A stretch of 63,217 bases of DNA from the IMG/VR virus record IMGVR_UViG_3300008339_006649, positions 1 through 63,217 of that record; one strand, given 5' to 3'. The notes beneath the pieces are model-generated. The model searched no databases. It was not told the DNA's origin and saw only the letters and a program-made list of their open reading frames with translations. This document shows, in pieces, positions 9,131-19,500 of this stretch; positions within the stretch are counted from its first letter, which is position 1, and each line of letters begins with the position of its first letter. The position numbers were made by a program, and so were the translations under genes. The stretch comes from a virus (taxonomy: Duplodnaviria > Caudoviricetes).

Positions 9131-10005
9131 TGAATGTTAAAAGACACGTTTTAAATTATCTAAAAAATAGAAAACTGAATGAAGGGTTTACTGAAGAAGG
9201 AAGACCCGACACCAAATATTATGCTTTTGATTGGGACGATAACATTATGTTTATGCCGACCACAATAATATTATTATCAGAAAATGATGAAGAGGTACAC
9301 ATGTCTACTGAAGATTTTGCAGACCATAGACATGAAATAGGTAAATCTCCATTTAACTATAAGGGGACTGTTGTTATAGGGTATGCAAATAATCCATTTA
9401 GAAATTTTAGAACAGAAGGGGATAAAAGATTTGTTATAGATACAATGTTAGCCAAACCAGGACCATCTTGGAATGACTTTGTTGAATGTGTTAATGGGGG
9501 TTCAATTTTTGCTATTATAACTGCAAGGGGTCATAATCCTAAAGCGTTAAGAGAAGCGGTTTTTAATCTTATTATGAGTAACCATATGGGTATTAATAGT
9601 AATGTATTGGCGGAAAACCTTAGAAAATATCGTAACCTATATGATAATATTAACGATGATAACAAAAAGATTAAATCATTAACCAAACAAGACTTAAACG
9701 ACTATTTAGATTTGTGTAGGTTTGAACCCGTTACTTTTGGTGAAGGAGATGCTGCGAATCCTGAAGAAGGTAAAATTAAAGCAATGAGGTCTTTTATTAA
9801 TTATTGTAAAGAGATGGCTTCGGAGATAGGTCAGAAAGCTTTCTTTAAGAACGATGTTTCAAATAATGAAATTGAACCAATTATAGGGTTTTCTGACGAT
9901 GACCCAAGAAATATAGAAATGATGAAAGGGTTTTTAGAAAAAGAATATGAAAAAAATCCAGTAAGAACTTATTTAACAAAAGGAGGAAATAAAAAAGAAT
10001 TTTAA
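9130..10005 (+). CDS. HAD-superfamily phosphatase
   Basis: Motif I FDWDDNI, motif II ITARG, conserved Lys (EEGK), motif IV FSDDD. Confidence 0.75.
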   Translation: MNVKRHVLNYLKNRKLNEGFTEEGRPDTKYYAFDWDDNIMFMPTTIILLSENDEEVHMSTEDFADHRHEIGKSPFNYKGTVVIGYANNPFRNFRTEGDKRFVIDTMLAKPGPSWNDFVECVNGGSIFAIITARGHNPKALREAVFNLIMSNHMGINSNVLAENLRKYRNLYDNINDDNKKIKSLTKQDLNDYLDLCRFEPVTFGEGDAANPEEGKIKAMRSFINYCKEMASEIGQKAFFKNDVSNNEIEPIIGFSDDDPRNIEMMKGFLEKEYEKNPVRTYLTKGGNKKEF

Positions 10006-10122
10006 TAATTATTATGTTCTGGTCTAGTAATAGAATATTTGAAAGAAATTTAGAAGTAAATAGAAAAAAATTAAATACGATATATTTATTAGAAAAATAA
10101 AAGAAATTTAAATACACACAAT

Positions 10123-10611
10123 ATGGCTGATTTATTAATGAAAATGCCCTTTCAGTATGAACCTAAAAGAAAAAATAGATTCATCGTTACTTTCCCTTCT
10201 TCTTTGGGGATTAATTCTTGGTATGTTGAATCCACTTCAAGACCAAAAATCGAAATTAAAGATGTTGAGATACCTTTCTTAAATACTTCAACATATGTTG
10301 CTGGTCGTTTTAATTGGGGTTCACTTGATGTTACATTTAGAGACCCTATTGGTCCTTCAGCTGCACAAGCGTTAATGGAGTGGGTACGTTTACACGCCGA
10401 GTCTGTTACGGGACGTATGGGATATGCTGCAGGGTACAAAAAAGATATTGATTTAGAAATGTTAGACCCAACAGGAGTTGCGGTTGAAAAATGGATTTTA
10501 CAGGGTGTTTTCTTAACTAACGTGGACTTTGATTCATTAAGTTATAGTGAAGATGGTTTAATAACTGTTAAAGCAACTCTTAGACCTGATAGATGTATCT
10601 TAGTATACTAA
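10123..10611 (+). CDS. Tail tube protein (gp19-like)
   Basis: YEPKRKNRF, YVAGRFNWGSLDVTFRD, YKKDIDLEMLDP, W-x-L-x-G; downstream of the sheath. Confidence 0.9.
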   Translation: MADLLMKMPFQYEPKRKNRFIVTFPSSLGINSWYVESTSRPKIEIKDVEIPFLNTSTYVAGRFNWGSLDVTFRDPIGPSAAQALMEWVRLHAESVTGRMGYAAGYKKDIDLEMLDPTGVAVEKWILQGVFLTNVDFDSLSYSEDGLITVKATLRPDRCILVY

Positions 10612-10632
10612 AATAAAATTAGAATATTTCAT

Positions 10633-10661
10633 AATCCCATCTATTTCAGGTGGGATTTTTT
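10633..10661 (+). terminator. Rho-independent terminator after the tube gene
   Basis: AATCCCATCT-ATTTC-AGGTGGGATT followed by a T run. Confidence 0.75.
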
Positions 10662-10706
10662 ATTTACTAAAATTATTAATCGTTTATTTTTTAAGAAAAA
10701 ATTATT

Positions 10707-11465
10707 ATGGACCAATCTTTACAATACGGACAAATGGAATTTAATTTACCACACGACGTAGTCGCATTACCTTCAAGAGGGATTTTTTATAGACCTAAAA
10801 AAGAATCATTAAAAGTAGGATATTTAACCGCGGCAGATGAAAATCTTTTAATGTCTCAAAACACACCAAAAGAAGGAATTATTTCGGCACTTCTAAAAAC
10901 TAAAATTTATGAACCCGGTTTTGATGTTGGTCAGTTATTGGACACTGATGCTCAAGCTGTTTTAATATTTTTAAGAAACACCGCATTTGGTTCTGGTTAT
11001 TCATATAAATTAATAGACCCCGCAACAAATAAATATTTTGAGGTGGAAATAAATTTGGATGAATTAAATTTCCTACCATTAAAACATAATCCAGATAGTG
11101 ATGGTCTTTTTTCATATACACTTAAAAAATCAAATAAAAATATAAAGTTTAAGTTATTAAGTATTTCTGAAATAAATGAAATTGACAAATTAAAAGACCA
11201 ATATCCTGAAAATATGATTGCACCGACAATCACCAAAAAATTAGAAAAACATATAATTGAGTTGGATTCTGATAGAGACAGAATGAAAATTTCCAATTTT
11301 ATTAATCAAATGCCAATTTCAGATGCTAAAGACTTAAGAAAATTTATTTCAGAGTGTGAACCAAAATTAGATTTAACAAGAACAGTAACCGCCCCGTCAG
11401 GAGAAAAAGTGACCTTTGAGGTTATTTTTGGGGTGGAGTTTTTTCGGCCTTTCTTTTCATTATAA
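10707..11465 (+). CDS. gp26-like baseplate hub assembly / tail assembly chaperone
   Basis: LPSRGIFY, LTAADENLL, LIFLRNTAFG and terminal EFFRP; lies between tube and tape measure. Confidence 0.75.
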   Translation: MDQSLQYGQMEFNLPHDVVALPSRGIFYRPKKESLKVGYLTAADENLLMSQNTPKEGIISALLKTKIYEPGFDVGQLLDTDAQAVLIFLRNTAFGSGYSYKLIDPATNKYFEVEINLDELNFLPLKHNPDSDGLFSYTLKKSNKNIKFKLLSISEINEIDKLKDQYPENMIAPTITKKLEKHIIELDSDRDRMKISNFINQMPISDAKDLRKFISECEPKLDLTRTVTAPSGEKVTFEVIFGVEFFRPFFSL

Positions 11466-11598
11466 AAAAGTATTACTTGATGAAATATATTATTTAGTCA
11501 AACACTGCGGATTTTCATATTCAGACATTTTAAAAATACCAACATATGAAAGAAGATATTTTATAGATAAATTTATAGAATCACTTAATAAAACATAA
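11443..11598 (+). CDS. gp51-like chaperone C-terminal domain, probably expressed by +1 frameshift from the upstream ORF
   Basis: LDEIYYLVKHCGFSYSDILKIPTYERRYFI resembles gp51-like small chaperones. No ATG in frame; overlaps the upstream ORF at GAG TTT TTT CGG. Confidence 0.65.
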   Translation, partial: FGLSFHYKKVLLDEIYYLVKHCGFSYSDILKIPTYERRYFIDKFIESLNKT

Positions 11599-11627
11599 CT
11601 AAATTCTATTTATAAAATAAAAATATT

Positions 11628-13550
11628 ATGTGGCTTTTTTTTGAAGGTGATGGAAATGTGACATCTAATGACGCGGCAGAAACACCTATTGGTAGTACTT
11701 CCGCATATAACGCGGACGCTCCACTTGAACAACTTGAAAGTTTAAAACAAGCTTATCAAAATTTTGTTGCCAGTATAACTAACGCTAAGACTGTCGTCCA
11801 AAACGTTAATAAATCCATGACTGAAATGGAGGGGTCAGCACTTGCTCTCCAAAGGTCTATGGGAGGTGTTGTTATGGGCGCCGAGCAATTTAGACAAAAA
11901 TTAATATCATCATACCATGCAAATTTAGATATTGGTGTAAGTTTTAAAGATACTTTAGAAAGTGTTGAAGGTATAGCCGCTGGAATGGGAAGAATGGTTA
12001 ACCCATCTGAAGAAGTGATTACAAATATGCTTGTATTGTCCAAAAGTACAGGTATGGCTGCTAAAGATATTGGGGGAATGGTTACAGACCTTGTAAGATT
12101 TGGAGGAACGCAATTAGAAGCAACCAAAAAAATAGAGACCCTTTCAAAATCGGCAAGAGCCGCAGGATTGAATGCTGCATCATTTGTAAAAAGTATTCAA
12201 ACTGATTTAAAAAAAGTTAGTGGTTTTGGTTTTAAAAGTGGTGTTGACGGGTTATCTAAAATGGTAAAACAGGCAATGTTATTAAGGACGACTGTACAGG
12301 CGATAGGTGCTCAAGAAGTTCAAAACACAGCATTAGATCCTGAAGGTGCAATTCAATTAGCTGCCGATTTTCAAATGTTAGGTGGTGCCGTTGGTAAACT
12401 TGCCGACCCATTCCAATTAATGTATATGGCTCAAAACGATGTTGAGGGGTTACAAAAAGAATTAGTTAACTCTACAAAGGCAGCAATGTCTTTTAATAAG
12501 GAAACAGGTAATTTTGATGTATCTACTGAAGATATGTACAGACTTAGACAACAGGCAAAACTTACAGGTGCAAATTTAGAAGATTTAGTTAACACAGGTA
12601 GAGAAGCTGCAAAGTTAGATTATTTAAGAGATAAGTTTGATTTAAAAGGTTTAGATGAGGATACTCAAAATTTAGTTGCCGGTTTAGCGGAAATTGGTGA
12701 AGGTGGGAAAGTATCAATAGATATACCAGGATTTAAAAAATTAGAAGCAGACACCGCCGACGGTTTAAAAGCCCAATTACAAAGTGCCGATGCACAAAAA
12801 GCATTGAAAGATTACCAAGACAAAGCGGCTATGACTGAAAAAGATTTGGCCATTGCACAACAAACTATTAGTGAAAAACAGGCGATAGATGTTAACATTA
12901 TTAAAGAAGCCGTATTGAAATCAATGTCCCAAGACCAACAAAAAGAACTTTTAGCTAGTATAAAAAAATCTAACGAAGATGTTGGTCAGGCTATGACGAC
13001 AATTGCTAATAGTAGCGCAACAGTGACAGGACCATTGGTAACTGGTGCCAATACCGCTACAAGTACAGGTGCTAAAAATTTTGCTGAAGGTGTTAAGGTT
13101 TCTGACAATTTACTCAAAAATGCATTCGAGAATATATCATTAGAATCTGATGTTGTTGATAATGGTAGTGATGATAATTTAGACCCCGATAACGATACAG
13201 GTCTTGAAGACGGGTTTATGGATAAAGGAACCCCAAAATTTATAAAATCCGGAAAAAATAAATTGCTACCATCAATAGATGACCAAATATTAGTTGCCCC
13301 AAACATTACTGACTATATTTCTAAATCACAAAAATTAAATGAAATGACAGGTTCATTAACAGATATGATGGGGGGTGGAAAAGTTGGAGGAGCAATAGAC
13401 ATCAATATTAATGTTGGTGGTTCGGTAACTGGAGATAGGAACGCAGATGTAAGTAAAATATTTAACGACCCAAAAGTACAAAAACAAATAATGGACACAG
13501 TTCTATATAAATTAGATGCATATAAAAGACAACAAGGTGTTTTGAAATAA
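11628..13550 (+). CDS. Tape measure protein
   Basis: 640 aa, Ala/Gly/Leu/Gln-rich helical composition, directly after the chaperone pair and before hub genes. Confidence 0.7.
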   Translation: MWLFFEGDGNVTSNDAAETPIGSTSAYNADAPLEQLESLKQAYQNFVASITNAKTVVQNVNKSMTEMEGSALALQRSMGGVVMGAEQFRQKLISSYHANLDIGVSFKDTLESVEGIAAGMGRMVNPSEEVITNMLVLSKSTGMAAKDIGGMVTDLVRFGGTQLEATKKIETLSKSARAAGLNAASFVKSIQTDLKKVSGFGFKSGVDGLSKMVKQAMLLRTTVQAIGAQEVQNTALDPEGAIQLAADFQMLGGAVGKLADPFQLMYMAQNDVEGLQKELVNSTKAAMSFNKETGNFDVSTEDMYRLRQQAKLTGANLEDLVNTGREAAKLDYLRDKFDLKGLDEDTQNLVAGLAEIGEGGKVSIDIPGFKKLEADTADGLKAQLQSADAQKALKDYQDKAAMTEKDLAIAQQTISEKQAIDVNIIKEAVLKSMSQDQQKELLASIKKSNEDVGQAMTTIANSSATVTGPLVTGANTATSTGAKNFAEGVKVSDNLLKNAFENISLESDVVDNGSDDNLDPDNDTGLEDGFMDKGTPKFIKSGKNKLLPSIDDQILVAPNITDYISKSQKLNEMTGSLTDMMGGGKVGGAIDININVGGSVTGDRNADVSKIFNDPKVQKQIMDTVLYKLDAYKRQQGVLK

Positions 13551-13587
13551 AAAACACAAAATAATCTATTTATCATAAAAAGACTAA

Positions 13588-16500
13588 ATGGAAAGTCCAC
13601 TATCGTTTAATTCGTCAGAAAATTTTAGAAAAAAATTATTAGTACGTAATCTACCACCGTATAAAGTAGATGGTTCTTTTAGTACTGGTGATAGACCCGC
13701 TGTTAGTGAATTTAGAATTTTAGATTACGCGATAGTTGATTCTACATCTGTAGATGTGATTGGGGACCAACAGGAAAGACTATTGTACCCAATAAATCAA
13801 TATGGTCCTGAAAATAAAAAAGAGTACGGAGATATTGTTAAAATCAATATTAATAGAAATTACAAAACTAATGAGGGAGAGTATGGGTTTCCCGATACAA
13901 TTAATAGTGATTTAGAACTAATTGGTGATAATTCAGAATTATATCATATAGTAAAAAACGTTTATAAACCACAAAACAATAGAAAAGATTATGGGGATAG
14001 CGTTTATTATATAAATGACGATTTAAATATACGTACAGTTGGTAGTGGAGAATATAATATTTCGGATACACTTAATAGTTACTTATTTCAAATAGGTAAT
14101 AATAGTGAAATAGAACATAAAGTATTAAACAAGTATAAACCAAGTAGTGGGACTATTGGTGGTTTTGGAGATACTAAATACGAAATAAACGACCTTTTAG
14201 TTTTATCCTCAAGTTTTAGACAAATATTTGGATACGGTATTTCATACACCATTAATAGTGAGTTAGAACAAGTTGGTAATATTCAAGAAGAATATTTGAT
14301 AGTTAAAAACAAATATTCCCCCGAAAACTCTAACCAATACGGAGAAACAAGATATGATATTAATGCTGATTTAACATTAGGGTCCAATGAGGGTGAATAT
14401 AATTATGGTGATACTATTGGTGACGAACTAGAACTTAAAGGTATTGAATTAAGACCAAAATTATTCACAAATAATGAATATAGACCTGAAGATGGTCAAA
14501 GTGTTTTTGTTGTTGAACCTTATAATATACTTAAAAATTTAATTATTGGTTCGGGTAACTATGGATATCCCGATACAATTGGAAGTGAGTTAGAAGTCGA
14601 AGGTAAAACAGACAGACCAATTCTAATTGCGACTAACCAATACGGACCTGATAACCCTATTAAGGGTGAGGTAAATATCAATGTAAATCAACAAACAAAT
14701 TCAAACGAAGGGGAATACGGATTTCCTGATACTATTGGTAGTGAGTTAGAAAACATTGGAATTGACGAAAGAAAACCTACATTTCTATCCAATCCTTGGG
14801 GACCTGAAGGTGACCAAAGTACCACAGAAATTGACCCTTACGCTAAAGTTAAAAACTTAACAATTAATGCTGGTAATTACGATGTTACCGACACTGACCA
14901 AAATGAATTAGAATATGTTGGTGGTTTAAAAGAAACTGAGGCGTATATTAAAAACAAATATGTTACCGGTGACGGAGATTATAACCTATTAACAATAACA
15001 GACTTACAATATCAAACAACAGGATTACCTTACGCCAATTCAGATTCTACATTCGTTTTTGTACCATCAACATATACACCGGCAAGTATTTTAATAAGTG
15101 ATAACCCTAACGGATCTGAAGGTAGCCTTTCACAAGATTCTCAGTTAGCGGCTCTCGGAGCTAAACAATTACAAAAAGAATTTAGACATAGAGTTGCTTT
15201 AGAGCTTTTACAACAAACATTAGGTAGAGTAAATGTTTTAAATACTAATATTGATGCTGATACAGGAGAAATTTCAACAAAACCAAATTTAGACCCATTT
15301 AACGCTATAGGATTACTTACGGGTAACATACCTATCATAGAAAGAAATTACTCAATAACTAATCCTGAATTATTTTTAGGTCAAGGTATAAATTTTGCGG
15401 CTAAATTAGCCGGAACATATTCTCCTTATTCTTATATACCTGGTGATTATTTTACGTATCCTGATAAAAATGGATTTGGGGCCTATGATAATGTATTTTC
15501 GGCTATCGGAGGAGCAATCGCAGGATTAATTCAGATGGTTAATCCAAATAATAATAATTCTTCCGAATTATTTTTAGAACACACTACGATATCGACTAGA
15601 CATTTATTGTACGACCAATTAAAATATAATAATTTTAGACCTGACTATAAAGTGGGTACGGATTTAACTGCACCTCCAGGTAAATTTTATGTTGGGACAC
15701 GTAAGAATGAAATAACAGAAATTGTACAAGGGGACCAACAACCAAAAGGCAAAAACAACAAGTTAAATATAGGACCTGTATTGGGTTATGGTAATATAGG
15801 TAAACAATATGAGGGCGAAAGAATTAGTGACAGGTTATTTGGTTTAAACACTAGAAATTTCTTTAGTAGTGGTTTTGTTAATGGTAGTAATAAAAATAAT
15901 GCTAACGTTGGAATATCAGGAGGGTTTACATGGTTATCAAACGATAATTATGTTTTACCTGGTGATTTCCAAGGACCGCTAAATGAAAAATTCCAAGATA
16001 ATTCTGATTTTGAGTTTTCACAATTAAGTAGCACTTACGAAACTACAAAATCAAGTAACTATGAATTTACTGAAGGTTCGTTATTGGATGTTACTCAGAA
16101 ATTAGTAGATGCGGGTAGTAAGTCAAACAATCAGTTAGAACATGTCGGAAACGCAATTAACCAAGTTTCAAAAGTTTTTAATGATGGATATATTGAGTTA
16201 ACAAAAGGGTCTAGAGTTATTAGATATACCACACCCAATTCAAAACCCGACTCAACAAAATCAGTGCAAGGATATGAATATTGTAGATTATTCACAAAAG
16301 ATAGACCTTACTATACGTTTGATGAGTTACAAAAAACAGACGGTAACATTAGAAAATATACAAATTCAGTATTAGATAATACTTACAACTTAAATATCGC
16401 ACCATTAAATATGGTTGAGGGTGTTGAGTCCACAAATATTATTGATGGTAAAGTAAAAAAATACATGTTATCATTAGAAAATTTGGCTTGGAGAACATCT

Positions 16501-19500
16501 AATAAACCTGGTTACACTTATGAAGATTTACCTGCCTGTGAAAAAGGACCTAACGGAGGTAGAATAATGTGGTTCCCACCTTACGATTTAAGTTTTGACG
16601 AATCAACAAACACACAATGGACTGATACAACTTTTATTGGTAGACCTGAACCTGTATATACATTTGGTTCATCATCAAGAAAAGGTAATTTAAGTTTTAA
16701 AATAATTGTTGACCACCCGTCTATTTTAAATGTTTTGGTTGAAAAAGAATTAGAAAACGAATCATCACAATCTCAAATTACAAGAGTAATAGATTCATTT
16801 TTTGCGGGATGTACAAAGTATGATTTGTATGATTTGGTACAAAAGTTCCCGATGTTCACACCAAATGATATTTTTGAAACCCAATTAATTTTAACTCCAG
16901 ACCAAATAAAAGATTATACTGAAACATTACCAAGTTCAACTATAGAGAATAGGGTTGACCAAACATTTATTCCGCCTACAGAAACTCCACAAGATAATCC
17001 ATGTACTGAATGGGATTATAGTGTTGGTACTGGCCCTACAGATTTAACTTATACTGCGTGTAATGGTTCACAAATTGTTTTACCTTCTTTAAGTGCTGGT
17101 ACTAAAGGTACTGTATGTGTTGAAAAAAATACTGTACCATATTTTTCTGTTGTTGCAGGTAATAATACCGTTACAATAACTAATAGACCTTGTACAACCT
17201 CTACAACAGGAACGACCCCAACACCACCTGAGGAAATACCATTGGAAAAGAAATATCCTGAACCGTTATTTTATTTTCATAACGACTTTCCTGACCCTAA
17301 CACGAATAGGATTTATGCGTCAAAACCGTATGACCAATGGTTGGCCGATTATAAAGCCCTAAAAACAAAATATTTAAGTACTGGTGGTAGTGATGGTTTC
17401 AGAAGTTTTTCTAAGGCCAGAGACAAGATAATTAAATACGGGGATAGTACATATGCCGATAAAGAAACGGAAATAAATGGATTATCGGATGCGGATAAAA
17501 ATAATTTTTTAGCAAACTATATAGACACTAGGACAGAAAAAGTTTCTGAATTTTTTGAATATATTGATAGCGAATTTGAAGAAATTAAAAAATTCTTAAC
17601 TGACGTTGTACAAATTATAAAACAAGGTGGTACAGTTAACTTTACGTTAAAATCTTCAGCATCTGCAGTTACTACAGTTGCTTATAACGTTAATCTATCA
17701 AAAAGAAGAATTGATGCCGCCTTACAGTATATTTTAAATTTTGAGCAAGATGGTATAAAATTAAAAAACTATTTTAATACTAAGTTAATTGTTAAACAAG
17801 TTCCAGAAGGGGAGACTACAACCATACAAGACCCAAGATATACCGCTATTAATTGTAACAAAAGTTATTTAAGTGATAGTGCTGAGGGAGTTGTTTCTGT
17901 AAACGCGATGGCATGTAGACGTGTTAGAATTTTAGATGTTAAAGTAACTAACTTACCTGGTAATAGTGAAAATACACCACCAAATAATACAGAAACACCA
18001 ACTAATGGTGATGGTGATACTACAGTATTAAATAGCGAAACACCGAGCCAAGGAGGTAATGGAGGTACACCTGCTAGTTCGGCAACTACAACAACACCAA
18101 CATTTATAACACAAACACCTAGCGGACAAACTGAAAATATTACACCTTTAAACCAAACTGTCACTAAAAATAATCCGACGTATAAGACAACTACCGTCGC
18201 TAGAAAAGATTTAACTAAAAGATTGGCTAGAAAATTATTAACTGAATGTAATTATTTTGAATTGGTTAGACAAAGTGACCCTATGATATATGACGGTATA
18301 AAAAGTAAAATAAAACATTTTCATCCGGTTTTTCATTCTATAACACCTGAAGGATTAAATGCCAGACTTACATTTTTAAATCAATGTATGAGACCGGGTG
18401 ACACTATACCTACAGTATCAAAAGATAATAATGGTACCGAAACTTTACTTTATAACGATGTTACAAACAGTGTGTTTGGTGCACCTCCTGTTTGTGTTTT
18501 AAGAATTGGTGATTTTTTTCATACAAAAATAGTAATAGACTCTTTAAGTTTAACATATGAAGATGGTAGGTTTGATTTAAATCCTGAGGGCATTGGAGTA
18601 CAACCTATGATTGCTGACGTTAAAATTGGGTTTAACTTTATCGGTGGACACGGATTGGCGGGACCAATAGCTAAACTACAAAATGCTTTGTCGTTTAATT
18701 ATTACGCAAATACTGAAATGTATGATGAAAGAGCTGAGGCAACCGAAGATGTGACATCTCAGTACGATGCTCAAATATTGGCCGACATCAAAAATCAGTT
18801 AGGAATTGTTAATGTTGCAGAACAAAGACCAATAAGTAATGATGGTGGAGTGACTATAGGAACAATAAAAACAAATAACTACGATTTAACAACTCAGAGC
18901 GCTTCAGGTGAAATATCATATATGGATAACTTTAAAAAATTAGTAGACAGTACAAAAAGTTATGCATCAACAACATTACAAAATTTAGAAAAATTAAATG
19001 AAGAATTATTGTTAGGTGGTTTAATTGTATTAACAAAAGAAAGAAAATACACTGAAGGTTATTTTGACTATTTAGGTGGTAATTTAACAAATACTGCAAA
19101 CATATTTGGTAAATCCGAAAACACACAACAAAAAATTGAAAAATTAATAACAGATGCAAAAACAGATGTTGATAATGGTAACTGTCCTTTATTAAAAGAC
19201 CTAACGACACAAAATTTTAACGACGCCGAAATAAGAAAAATTAAAAATAAAATTAAATCATTAATTGATGGTAAACAAAATTCTATGATAACGTCTATAG
19301 AAACCACAAATTCAAGTATAACGACTGAAGAGTTAAGTTTAATTCAATTAATAGACCAAATAAATTATGTTTCAAGTGGGGTTGATGGATATATTAACAA
19401 TAAAGGTGGTGTAGTTGTTTATAATTTATCAGGAACAAGTGATGTTAATGCTTCTAGTGTTGGTGTTAGTAATACTTTTAATGAATTAACACAAGACTTC

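Noticed and set aside
10006-10122. tRNA or structured ncRNA in the larger intergenic gaps
   Set aside because: The gaps are very AT-rich with no cloverleaf or T-loop motif; they contain only promoter and leader sequence.
11416-11442. Independent TTG start for the gp51-like ORF
   Set aside because: It is a weak start inside the upstream gene with no A-rich initiation context, so the frameshift explanation fits better. It is not formally excluded.
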